A stretch of DNA of 64,000 bases from Pelagomonas calceolata (taxonomy: Eukaryota), in contig CAKKNE010000004.1 in assembly GCA_918797485.1 (NCBI GenBank), forward strand, positions 310,001-374,000, in the 5' to 3' direction. Each line of letters starts with the position of its first letter. Within the stretch, counting starts at the first letter, position 1. The position numbers were made by a program, and so were the translations under genes. The notes under the pieces are model-generated. The model was not told where the DNA came from, made no database searches, and saw only the letters and a program-made list of their open reading frames with translations. Shown in pieces: positions 42,184-52,328 of this stretch.

Positions 42184-42782
42184 GGTTGCGTTAGTCCTTG
42201 CGGGCCTGCGGCGGCGGCTTACGGTGAGGCGCGTCCTGGGCGCGCGGCGGGCGGGCCGCGGCGGCGCGGCGGCGGGCGGGGCGGCGGCGGGCGGGTGGCG
42301 GCTGTGCGCGCGGCGGCGGCGGCGCTGTGGCGCTGGGGCCGGGGCCACGGCGCCGCGCGGCGCCGCGCGCGGCGGCGCGATTTCAAAGCTGACAATCGGA
42401 AGCCGTTGTTTGACGCCTTCCCGCGAACCGCGCGGTCTGAGACTGCTCTGCCGCAGCAAGTCTGTTATGAAGATTGTTGACGCGGCTGTTCACGTTCAGC
42501 GCGGCGCTCTATGGGCTGCGCTGCGGTCGAGAGCGCGGCCTTTGCGAGATGAAAGCGGCCAAGGAGATCAGCCTCCGCCGCGGTCAAATTACACCAAAGA
42601 ATGGCCTCCCACGCCGAACTAACTATAGGCGGGCCCGGCCGGACGTCTGGACGAGCTCCACCAAAACCCGACCTGAGCCAAAAAGTGAAGCATTGCTGCT
42701 CATTGCATGATGTCAAACGCTGTCAAACGCAGCCTGCACGCCATGAAAACGATGCAACGTGTGCCGTAAAAAAGGGCTACCC

Positions 42783-43835
42783 ATGGAGGGCAGCCTCCCA
42801 CGCCCCGCGCGAAGCAGGCCCTTGGAGCAGCCCACAGCACCACCAGCAAGGCGCCGCGACGACGCGAGGCGCCTCCCGCTCGTGCTCTCCCTTCTAGCCG
42901 CTCTGGCTATTACCTTCGTGCTCACAGAAAACAGAAGAATAGAAAGGAGCCACTTCGAAGAGAGGACGCGCCGCGGCACTGACGACCTCCGGGAAAGGCG
43001 CATCCCGCCCGTCATCTGGCAGACCTGGCGCAGTCGGCCCGACCCGGCGACGCCGCTGGGACGCCAGGTGCGATTACTGAAAGCAAGGAACCCGTCTCAT
43101 CAGTACCATTTCGTCGACGACCAAGCGCAAGCCGCCTTCATGCGCACGAATTTCACTGGAGAAGTGGCGGAGGCCTACTTCTCGATAGATCCGGAGAACG
43201 GGGCCGCGCGCGCGGATTTATGGAGGTACTGTGTCTTGTGGAAGTTCGGGGGATGGTACGTGGATTTGGACGTTGGCTGTAGGACACCTCTCCAGGACTT
43301 ACATTCGGCAAAGGACGAGCTGGCCTTCGCCTACGAGCGTTCCGCACTGCCGAAGGCCGTGCCTCGGTCACTGGGATGTGTGGCACCACACGCGTTCGAC
43401 GCGAACGTGTCGCGACTACTTATGTCAAAAAGCTTCTTCCGCCGGCGTTGTATAGCGCAGAACATTTTGGGGGCGGCGCCGGGGTCTTTACCTTTGAAAG
43501 CGGCCATCGACCGCGTCGTATCGTCGTTGCGAGAAATGAAAAGTGCCCGAGAGGCCTCCTGTCTGCAAGAATATACGCCCTCGAAGCGTGACCTCGCCAA
43601 GAATCATAGTTGGACGTGGTTACGGACCATCTGGCTGACCGGTCCTTTCGCTTTGACGGTCGCGCTGCGCGACTACGTCGCGCGGCACCCCTCCTCATCT
43701 TTGATGATGGGCACCTTCGACGCCCACGGGACGGGCTGCCTCTCGTCCAAGCGAGTGAACGCGGCGATGGCGTCGGAGCGGCCGAAATACGGCAGCCTGG
43801 GGCGCGACCGGCCCTTCGTCGTTTCGTCGTCCTAG
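42783..43835 (+). CDS. Glycosyltransferase family 32 (OCH1-like), type II membrane
   Basis: IPPVIWQTW, GAARADLWRYCVLWKFGGWYVDLD, WLTGP. Confidence 0.88.
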   Translation: MEGSLPRPARSRPLEQPTAPPARRRDDARRLPLVLSLLAALAITFVLTENRRIERSHFEERTRRGTDDLRERRIPPVIWQTWRSRPDPATPLGRQVRLLKARNPSHQYHFVDDQAQAAFMRTNFTGEVAEAYFSIDPENGAARADLWRYCVLWKFGGWYVDLDVGCRTPLQDLHSAKDELAFAYERSALPKAVPRSLGCVAPHAFDANVSRLLMSKSFFRRRCIAQNILGAAPGSLPLKAAIDRVVSSLREMKSAREASCLQEYTPSKRDLAKNHSWTWLRTIWLTGPFALTVALRDYVARHPSSSLMMGTFDAHGTGCLSSKRVNAAMASERPKYGSLGRDRPFVVSSS

Positions 43836-44157
43836 TTGTGTGGTAAGACCTGTGTCGTGTTTCCGAGTTCTCCTGGCGGCGCGTCCCCCGGCGGGAGGCC
43901 TCGGGGACATCGACTGGTTATGAAACCCGAAGAAGGGATCCCCCAGGCTCAGGGAAGGCTCAGGGGAGTCGACGGCGGCGCGCGCGCGAGTGCGGATGTG
44001 CAGCTTGGGAGCCTGAGGGAAGCCCAACGGTCCCGGCGGAGAGATCCCTCCGCGCGCTCCCGGGAAGCGCTCCACGACGCGCGGAGCCCCCCCGATCCGA
44101 GCACTAGTGAAGAGCTTGCACTGTTGCTCTGCGTGTGATCTGCAGCAAATCAGCACC

Positions 44158-45398
44158 ATGAAGGCCGCCGTTCTCCTCGCCACCGCCGCTCATGCCGCCA
44201 AGCAGGCCGTAGAGGAGCCTGCCGAGTCGCCGGTCGCGTGCGTGCCCGCGTCCAAAATTAACATTCGGCTGCCGGCGCGCCTCGGCGGTCGCGCGCGCCG
44301 CGCGCTGGGGGGGCAGCCGCGGAGCGCTTCCATCAAGCCCCCGCGGCCGCCCGGGCCCCGCCGCGTCGATCGGCGGCGCGGCGCCCGCCCTTGGTTGCGC
44401 CGCGCGCGTGTGGCGCCGCAACCGCGACCGCCGCGCGCCGCGACCGCGCCCGCCGCCCGCCCCGGCCACGCCCCGGCGCGCCCGCCGCGACCGCAACCCC
44501 AAACACGCAGGTTCCTCATCGACCCCGTCAAGGAGATGGTGAACAAGGGCATCGAGACCGCCACCACGGGCGCGGGCTGGCTCAAGGGCGGCCCGCAGAT
44601 GGTCTCCGACGTCGTCTGCGGCATCATCGACACCTGGGTCTCGGTCATCGACCCGAACGAGGGCACGATCCGCAAGGCGATGTCGGGCGACGCCGCGACG
44701 CTCGACGAGCTCGCCTCGCTCGCCTCCACCATCGGCTCCATCGTCTTCGTCGTCTACGTCTGCATGACGGCCGTCAACCTCTTCCTGGCCACGGCCGAGT
44801 CCGTGCCTGCGTGGGAATCAATTGTCGCGGCGCGTCTCCACGCCATCGACGCGTCGCCACGCCATCGAGATGTGGTCTCTCATTGGTTGATTTGCGCACA
44901 GGTCGGTTCGCGACTACTTCAAGAACTACCTCACGATTCCCAAGCTCTCGAAAGCCGTTCCGATCGTCGGCCAGTACCTCGCGCCGGCGGACGGTCCGTG
45001 GGCCACCGCCACGGGCCCGATCCAGAAGTACGTCTTGGACCCCGTCAAGAACTGGAAACACCGCACGATCCTGCCCTTCGAGGGCTCGCACGGCTCCACG
45101 CTCTCGGGCACGATTGCGACCATCACGGCCGCGACGTCAGTCCTGTGTGGAAATCAAATTTCGCGGCGCTTCTGAGGTGTGGATCGTAACCCCCTCGATT
45201 CAGTCATCACAACCGCCTTGTCGCCGAGAAACGACACTCACTGGTTGATTTCCACTCAGGTCCGCCTGCTTGCTCCTCTCGACGACGCCCGACGTCCTTG
45301 CTTTGGCTCGCGGTGGTGCCGACAAGGCCGCCGCCGAGGCGCTCGCCTGGACGGTCGGCACGGCCCTGGGCCTCAAGTACGTCGCCGCGCGCGCGTAG
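44158..45398 (+). CDS. Hypothetical membrane protein; exons 44158-44237, 44511-44798, 44902-45135, 45260-45398
   Basis: Signal peptide MKAAVLLATAAHA; three GT-AG introns give one open frame to TAG 45396-45398; strongly GC3-biased exons. Confidence 0.7.
44238..44510 (+). other. Intron (273 nt, GC-rich)
   Basis: GTGCGT...ACGCAG; would otherwise encode low-complexity Arg/Pro sequence. Confidence 0.65.
44799..44901 (+). mobile_element. Introner element
   Basis: TIRs CTGCGTGGGAATCAA / TTGATTTGCGCACAG; TSD GTCCGTGC / GTCGGTTC. Confidence 0.85.
45136..45259 (+). mobile_element. Introner element
   Basis: TIRs CTGTGTGGAAATCAA / TTGATTTCCACTCAG; subterminal ACTCACTGG. Confidence 0.88.
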
Positions 45399-45586
45399 AG
45401 CACTTGGCACCCCGCCTCGCCGGAGACAGAAAAACCCCCGGCCGCGCGGCGCTTCCCCCACCATCTCGAGCCGGCCTGTTCCCCGCCGGCATAAGTTATC
45501 CCGAGAATATCCCATAGACACGGTGGCAGACCCCGGTACGCCAGCGGCGCGCGCTATAGGCACTTTCAAGTTAGGCACAGGAGGCG

Positions 45587-46729
45587 TCAGGGCACACGCG
45601 CGTAAAGCCGGCACGGCGCCTCCGGCGCGCCCGCCACGAGCAGAGGCGCGACGGTCATGCGCGCGCCGCGCGCGGGCAGCTCCTCCTTGAGGTTCGCGTT
45701 CGCCACGACGTAGGCGTCCCTCTGGAGCAGTTCCCGCAAAGCCCCAGACACACCAGGGCCGTCGAGCGCCATCGTATCGATAACCACACCAACAACGCCC
45801 CGGTCCCTCAGGAGTCTAGCCGCGCCCTCGGCGACGCCCGGGAAGTGCAGACGAGCGAGACCCGTGCTCTCATCAATATCTGTCCAATCAGTCACGTTGT
45901 AGTACGCGTCTCGGTTCGCGTAGTGCCTGGCGGCCCAGCCCGTCCTTATTGCAACCAAACTGCCTCTAGGTATGGGGGCGTGGCGCCGCTCGTCCTGTTC
46001 AATATCTTCCGGTGTCAGTACGAAATCAGCATCGACGTACGGCGCGCCACAGTCGATGACAACTAGTGGTACGTCCACTAGTTCCTCAATCGAGAACCTA
46101 TCTATGCTTCTACCGCCGACCACGTAGTGACTGGGTGCTTGGAGATGCGTGCCACTTCCACCATCTAAGGCAAATGATTTCCTTTCCACGGCTCCGGGAT
46201 ATCCTGAAGTTTCGACCGCGTCTATGAATAAGGGAGCGACGTCGGGCCGCTGCGTCGCTTCCGAACTCAGGGAGAAGCCGCAGTCCACAATCGAACCGCC
46301 CGTGGTGACGGCCTTGCCGCCGCCACATCTCGTTTTTTCAGTAGGCCTGGACGGCGCTTGCGGTGCCCCGCGGGCGAAGCACTTCGTCCGCTCCGGTCTT
46401 CGTGAAGGCGGCGGCGGCGGCGGCCGCGCGCGCCCGCCGCAGCGCGTCCGCTCCGTCTCCCTAAAAGGATTCGACTCGGCCGTGCGTCGCGCGAGCCACC
46501 CTCGGTTCGCGCAGCGCGTCCGCTCCTGCTCTCTTAAGAATGGATTCTGGTCGCTCCTCCCATTATTGCGGCAGTTCACGCGTTCGGTCGCGCGGCTCGC
46601 GAGCCTTGACGGCGTTAACGAGCCGTTCGCGCACGCGACCGGCAGCAAATTGCTCCGCGTCTTGGCGCGCGGGTCTTCCGTTTGTGTCCTAGCGCGGTCG
46701 AGGGGCGAGTCGACGTTGAGGCGCTCCAT
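45587..46729 (-). CDS. Cyclase-family (kynurenine formamidase-like) protein with an N-terminal repeat extension
   Basis: GSGTHLQAPSHY (variant of HxGTHxDxPxH), VAIRTGW, HFPG, GVVIDT, GAPEAPCRLYA. Confidence 0.75.
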   Translation of the reverse strand: MERLNVDSPLDRARTQTEDPRAKTRSNLLPVACANGSLTPSRLASRATERVNCRNNGRSDQNPFLREQERTRCANRGWLARRTAESNPFRETERTRCGGRARPPPPPPSRRPERTKCFARGAPQAPSRPTEKTRCGGGKAVTTGGSIVDCGFSLSSEATQRPDVAPLFIDAVETSGYPGAVERKSFALDGGSGTHLQAPSHYVVGGRSIDRFSIEELVDVPLVVIDCGAPYVDADFVLTPEDIEQDERRHAPIPRGSLVAIRTGWAARHYANRDAYYNVTDWTDIDESTGLARLHFPGVAEGAARLLRDRGVVGVVIDTMALDGPGVSGALRELLQRDAYVVANANLKEELPARGARMTVAPLLVAGAPEAPCRLYARVP

Positions 46730-46933
46730 TGTTCTAGGTTTGTCTCGGCACGCCTGTGGCGTTCTTCTGCGTTATTGGCACCTGTGGTCTCCCGAGCTCT
46801 GTGCGGGGTGCGGCCGCGTCGGGCCGGGCTGGACCGACGGCGCAGCTTCAGAATATGTGCTGCGCCCTGTTCTTACGGTACGCCGTGTGTTTTTTAGCGC
46901 GCTTGCGGTGCTTTACCTTGCTCTTGTGATTAT

Positions 46934-46958
46934 CTAGCGGTCTGTAAGGCACTAGCGA
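46934..46958 (-). promoter_or_regulatory. Conserved CTAG-based motif in a divergent promoter
   Basis: Minus strand TCGCTAGTGCCTTACAGACCGCTAG. Confidence 0.55.
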
Positions 46959-47021
46959 GCTCCAGCAATCGCATCGCAGCAGTCGACTGTGAGCCATTCA
47001 GAGCATCCGGGCCGCTAGAAT

Positions 47022-47801
47022 ATGATGCCGCGACCCCTGTTGCTGATTGCAGCCGCCTGCGGCAGCGCACATGCCCTCGCGCCACTGCAACAAAGCCGGA
47101 GAGCGCTGCTGACTACCCCTGCAACCGGCCCCGCGGCGCACGTAAGCCGGCGAGCGCTGCTGACGACCACCGCGACCGGTTCCGCGGCGCTCGTCCTCAG
47201 CCCGGCGACGGCATCGGCCGGCAGCAAACTGGAGGACGGCCTCGCGCTGCCCGACGGCGCGCGGCAGTTCAACGAGTTCCAGGGCCTGAAGGGTGAGTGG
47301 ACGCGCTTCGGAGAACGGCTGAAGAAGACGGACATCGACGACAAGGAGTGGGAGGGCGTGCCCCTGTTGTTGCGACGTGTGTATGATGCCGGAGATGATA
47401 TGTTATACATGGCCAAGGGTGCGTTCCAGCGTAGTTACTTCCAGACATATCTCCCAAGGACGACATCCACTACTGGCAACCGAGTGCGAGGGCGTGACAC
47501 CCCGACCACGTGAAGCTGACGAGAACCCAAACTTTGAATCAACCATCCGAGGGGCGTTTATATGTATCGCGGGTCGTTCGTCGTCGCTGGCGCGCGGTCG
47601 ACCGCATCTCACACAGGCCTCGCCAAGGACAAGCAGGACGCCGCGAAGAAGCTCGCGAAGGACTTCCAGAAAGGTGTGAAAGACGCCGACCGGCCCGCCC
47701 AGGCCAAGGACCGGGCGACGGTCATCAAAGCCTACGAGGCGACCGCACCTTTATTGTCGGACTTCCTCGACCTCACGAGCGACGTGCCGGCCGAATTGTA
47801 G
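47022..47801 (+). CDS. Thylakoid-lumen helical protein, PsbQ-like; exons 47022-47418, 47617-47801
   Basis: Signal peptide, twin-Arg SRRALL motif and AxA cleavage site; helical mature part; intron GTGCGT...ACACAG restores the frame. Confidence 0.65.
47419..47616 (+). other. Intron (198 nt), probably an old introner
   Basis: GTGCGT...ACACAG, phase 1. Confidence 0.75.
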
Positions 47802-47857
47802 GATGTTTAATGTTTAACACGAGAGTACGCTATCGACGCGATGTCAATCACACAACT

Positions 47858-49360
47858 TTACGCCGGCCTAGCTGATCCGAACGTCGCGTTCCAGGCCTCG
47901 TACTGCTCCAAGTCGGACTGGGCCACGGTGGCAGCTGTCACGGCCAAAGCGGCGTCGAAGTGTTTGAGGGAAATGGGCGGGATCTGCGACTCGTCTATAC
48001 TACCACCGGCCGCGAACAACTTGCTACCAACATCGCGCATGGGCCCCATGGCCGCCTCCTGGCACAGATTCCGCATGTCCGCCCCGGAAAACCCGTCGGT
48101 CTTCGGGACGAGGTACCCTTCAATATCCGCTTCCGTCAAACAGTGGCGGTTCTTCGCGAGTAACGTTTTGAGTAGCGTCGTCCTCGCGTCGTCGTCCGGT
48201 AATGGTACGTAGAACCTTTTGACGAAGCGGCGCCTCGCGGCCTCATCGAGCTCCTGCGGGCGGTTGGTGGCGCCGACGACTAATACCCTTTCCTTGTTCG
48301 ACGCATCTCCCGACCCGACGCCTTCCAGCTGCACCAGGAACTCCGTCTTCAGTCTACGGGAAGCCTCGTTCTCGTTCGAATTGCGCTGACTGAGTAATGA
48401 ATCGACCTCGTCGATGAAGACCACGGAGGGCTCCTTGTAGCCGGCGACCGCGAACATCGTCCGCACCAACTTCTCGGACTCGCCGATCCACTTCGACATC
48501 AATGACGAGGCACTGATCGAGAAGAACGTGGCGCCCGACGACGACGCGATGGCTCTCCCAATTAAAGTTTTTCCAGTCCCGGGCGGTCCAAATAAAAGCA
48601 TGCCCTTGGGCACGGCTCGGAGCCCCGTAAACAATTCCGGCCGCTGCATCGGCCAAATCACCATCTCCTGGATCGATCTTTTGGCATCTGCCAAACCGGC
48701 GACGTCTTCGAAGGTCACGGGCGAGCCGCTGTCGATGACCTCCTGTTCGATGCGCTTGACGAGCTCCTTGTCGCAGCCTTTTAATCTTTCTGGCAATTCG
48801 TCCTCTTCTTCTTTTTTTTCCTCCTGCTTCTTCTGCTTCTTTTGTTGCTGTTGACCGCCGGGCTGGGGCGAGGCGGATCTCGCTCTAGGCACGCGGAAGC
48901 CGCGTCTTTGTCCGCCACCGGCCGCGCGGAACCCGCCTCGCGACGGCGGCGGCGGCTCGTCTTCTTCGTCACTGTATTGGGGCGGGCCGTACCTCGGCGC
49001 GCGCGGTCTAGCCCGTTGCGGCGGTTGTCTTCTCCGATCGGGCACGTCTCCAAAACTCCGGCGTTTCGGTGGTTCCTCCTCTTTCGTAGTCCCCATAAGA
49101 GCAGCCAGCGATGAGCCTCCCGGCAGCGGCGCCGGCGCCGGCTTCTTGGGCGCCTTCGCCGCGATTTCACTTACTGATGGTAAGTTACGGACGTCGCTTA
49201 GTCGCAGGGGTTCGGCGACGGCCGTGGCCCGCGCGAAGGCCGCGGCCGCGACGCCGAAGCGCTGGCCGCGGGCCCTTTTTGCTGCTTCTTGTAAAGATGG
49301 CGGTAGACCACAGGGCTGGCTGAGGGCGGCCCAGGCGGCGTCGAGTTCTGTCGTGTCCAT
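47858..49360 (-). CDS. FIGNL1: Fidgetin-like 1 AAA ATPase
   Basis: VTFEDVAGL, VIWPMQRPELFTGLR, GPPGTGKTLIGRAIAS, FIDEVDSLLSQR, GATNRPQELDEAARRRF. Confidence 0.88.
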   Translation of the reverse strand: MDTTELDAAWAALSQPCGLPPSLQEAAKRARGQRFGVAAAAFARATAVAEPLRLSDVRNLPSVSEIAAKAPKKPAPAPLPGGSSLAALMGTTKEEEPPKRRSFGDVPDRRRQPPQRARPRAPRYGPPQYSDEEDEPPPPSRGGFRAAGGGQRRGFRVPRARSASPQPGGQQQQKKQKKQEEKKEEEDELPERLKGCDKELVKRIEQEVIDSGSPVTFEDVAGLADAKRSIQEMVIWPMQRPELFTGLRAVPKGMLLFGPPGTGKTLIGRAIASSSGATFFSISASSLMSKWIGESEKLVRTMFAVAGYKEPSVVFIDEVDSLLSQRNSNENEASRRLKTEFLVQLEGVGSGDASNKERVLVVGATNRPQELDEAARRRFVKRFYVPLPDDDARTTLLKTLLAKNRHCLTEADIEGYLVPKTDGFSGADMRNLCQEAAMGPMRDVGSKLFAAGGSIDESQIPPISLKHFDAALAVTAATVAQSDLEQYEAWNATFGSARPA

Positions 49361-49678
49361 GGCTCGTGCTTTGGTCGCGTCGATCGCTGCGCTCAAATTG
49401 GGTGTGCTTTGGCTAATGCTGTGAGCGCGCTTGCTGGGCGCGGTCACAGCGCAGGAGTGAAAGCAATGGTCAGTAGCACTGTGAGAGTTGCTCAAACAAC
49501 CGCTACGTTGATTTGTGCGCGATAGTACGCTGGACGACGAGCGCACGCGCTCGATCGATTCCTGGTCACGGGTTTTACTCGATCACCGTCGCAGCCCATG
49601 GAGACCGCGATAGATCAATACAGGGTACTTAGTAAGCGGCTCAAATGCACTCGGCGCCTTCGCGGCGGCACGCCTCCG

Positions 49679-51147
49679 TTACGCGCCGTCGAAGCTCGAG
49701 CCGGTCGTGAGGCCGCGGAGCACCGCGGGCCGGCCCGTCGTGTGCGGCTTCGGGTCGCCGCTGCCGGCCACGCCGTGCCGGTCCGCAATTGTTTTGACGG
49801 CGTCGGCGAAGATAGCAAGGCCTTCATCCAGATCCTCATCATTCACGATCAACGGCGGGATCAATCGACAGGCCTCGTGCACACCGGCCGTCAGCGCGAG
49901 GAGCCCGTTCGCCTCGCACTCGCGCGACACCTCGCCGGCGAAGCCCGTGAGCGACTTGTCGAACTCGACTCCTAACATCAAGCCCGGGCCGCGGACGTCT
50001 ACCACCGCGGGACACTCTGCCTTGAGCGTGTTTAGAGTGGAAGTGGCGCGCGCGCCCTGCTTCCGGACCTGTGTGGAGAGACCTCCGTGAGCCGCCACGC
50101 CATCGAGCAGACGCGTGCACGCCGGTTCCGCACGTTATCGAGGACGCCCTCTTCTTCAAATACGTCGAGCGTCGCGATGGCCGCGGCGCACGCGACGGCG
50201 TTGCCTCCATACGTCCCGCCCATGCAGCCCGGCGGCTGCTTGTCCGCAATTTCGGCCTTCGAGATCACCGCACTCAGAGGATAACCGGACGCGAGGCCCT
50301 TCGCCGTCGTCAGAATGTCCGGCTGCACGCCCGCCGCTTCACAAGCGTAGAACGCGCCCGTGCGCCCGGCGCCGCTCTGGACCTCGTCGGCGATCAGCAA
50401 AGCGCCGTGCGCGTCGCACCACTCGCGCAGATGTTTTAGGAAGCTATGCGGCGCCGGGACGAAGCCGCCCTCGCCGAGGACGGGCTCGAGGATCACGGCG
50501 GCCAACTCCGACGGGGCGACCTGCTGCTTCACGAGGAGGTCGAGCTGCTCGCGGCAGTAGGCCTTGTCGCCGCCGAGACCGGGATACGGGGCAAAAAACG
50601 CGCCGTACGGCAGCGGTCCGGCGTTGCCTCCCCTGTACCCGATTCCAGAAGTAGTGATCGCGAGCGTGCCGGCGGTGCGGCCGTGATAGCCACCGCGAAA
50701 CGCTACGACACCGGCGCGGCCCGTCGCCTGGCGCGCCAACCGGAGCGCCCCTTCGACGGCCTCCGCTCCTGATGTGGCGAAGAAAAACCGGTCCAGACCG
50801 AGCGCGTAGGGCTCCAACCGCTCGATCAACTGCAGCGCTCGATCATGGTGCGTCACGCTCATTTGTAAATGCGACGCGAGGCCGGCCTGCTCTCGGACGG
50901 CCTCGACGACTTTGGGGTGGCAGTGGCCCGTGCTCGTCACGCCTATCCCGGACGCAAAGTCGATGAGTTCGTTGCCGTCCGCATCCCAGACGCGGCTTCC
51001 CAAACCCTGGACGAGGACGCGCTCCGAAAGGCGTTTTATGCCGGGAAAGAGTTTCGCGGCCGCCGTCACGCGCGCTTCTTCGGACGCCTGTAAGGTCCTG
51101 GCGACGGAGCACTTGAGAGCTTGCGGTCTCAGCGCGGCCTGGAACAT
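49679..51147 (-). CDS. gabT: 4-aminobutyrate aminotransferase (class III PLP enzyme); exons 51147-50134, 50068-49679
   Basis: SGAEAVE, GYHGRT, LEPVLGEGG, LIADEVQSGAGRTG, AKGLASGYPL, GGTYGGN, DVRGPGLMLGVEF. Confidence 0.85.
50069..50133 (-). mobile_element. Introner element with a decayed 5' TIR
   Basis: TSD GTGCGGAA / GTCCGGAA; ends TCCACACAG; internal GCTCGATGGCGTGG. Confidence 0.85.
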
Positions 51148-51450
51148 TGCCTATTGGGGCGTGCGTGCCCGCTCAACTACTCTCTTACAGTGTGTGGTCT
51201 GAACTAAAGCTCCTTGGCAACACTGCTCAGGACTTCTTCACAGTTAGAAATTGCGGATCTGAAATGAGGACAAGCCAAGTGCCGGCTTTATTGTTTCGAC
51301 ACCACTGATGTGCGTGTATCGCCCGTCTCAGAGACTTCCAAATAGAAGCTCTGTAAAACCCGTTTTTATTTACCCAGAGTTGTTTCCGGATCCTTCAACG
51401 GAAAAGACTTGTCGGAAGGCACACGAACACGAATTACACAACATCGCCAC

Positions 51451-51921
51451 TCACCGCGGCGGCGCCCCGTCGGCGTCGAGCAAAGCCTTGTCGTCTTCCT
51501 CATACGCCTCGCCGCGCCGGTCGTAGTCGTCGGCGTCGGCCGAGAACGCGCCGATAACGGGCCGGAAGAGCCGCGCCCTGCCCGCGCGGTCGCGCGCCGT
51601 GACGCCGCGGACGAGGCGCGGCCGGCCGGAAGTTCCGTCCAGCCCGTGGTTCCGGTGTAGCAGGCAGTGGTAGTGCCTCGTCACGTTCTGGGCGCATTCC
51701 GTCGTGAACGACACGGCGTCGCCCCTCACTTCCCAGGTGCCCTCTTCGTTCTGGTCGTCGTCGAACCAGCAACATCCATTCTCCTCGAAGACGAGGCGCC
51801 GCGTCGCCCTCGAGAGCGTCCACCGTCGTCTTGTCGACAGCGTCCAGGGGCTCGCCGCCGGTAAGAGCGGGTCGAGCGCGGCGCGGGCGACGGCGACGAG
51901 CGCGGCGAGCGCTTTGCGCAT
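51451..51921 (-). CDS. Hypothetical protein with signal peptide
   Basis: MRKALAALVAVARA; beta-rich body. Confidence 0.55.
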   Translation of the reverse strand: MRKALAALVAVARAALDPLLPAASPWTLSTRRRWTLSRATRRLVFEENGCCWFDDDQNEEGTWEVRGDAVSFTTECAQNVTRHYHCLLHRNHGLDGTSGRPRLVRGVTARDRAGRARLFRPVIGAFSADADDYDRRGEAYEEDDKALLDADGAPPR

Positions 51922-52328
51922 GGCTCGGATACGTCGGTGGTGCGTACTGGATTTTGCTGCGCGTGTCGTTAGCGCCGTAGCGACGGCGTGCGAGCACGCC
52001 GGACACCGCTGCCGTGCACTGGCTGGGTCTGCTGCTCACTGGCAGGTTGTGGACGCGCGGTCGCCGACGCTTGCAGCGTTGCTTCTACGCGTTTCTGCCG
52101 ATCGTGTCACGCCTGGCGTCGCTTTTTTGTGATCACTTTTGTCCTAGACGCAGCGATTAGACTCGGAGAGCGCCTGCCTGCAGCGACACGCAGAGCAGTT
52201 TGAAGGTGCTGGCACTGCCGCAACGCGGCACCGCTGACCACGCGGGACTCGTCTCCGGCGTCACGCACGCCACCGCTGCAAGTACAAGACAGCAGGACTC
52301 GTTGCGTCGCACGCATACCGAGACAGCA

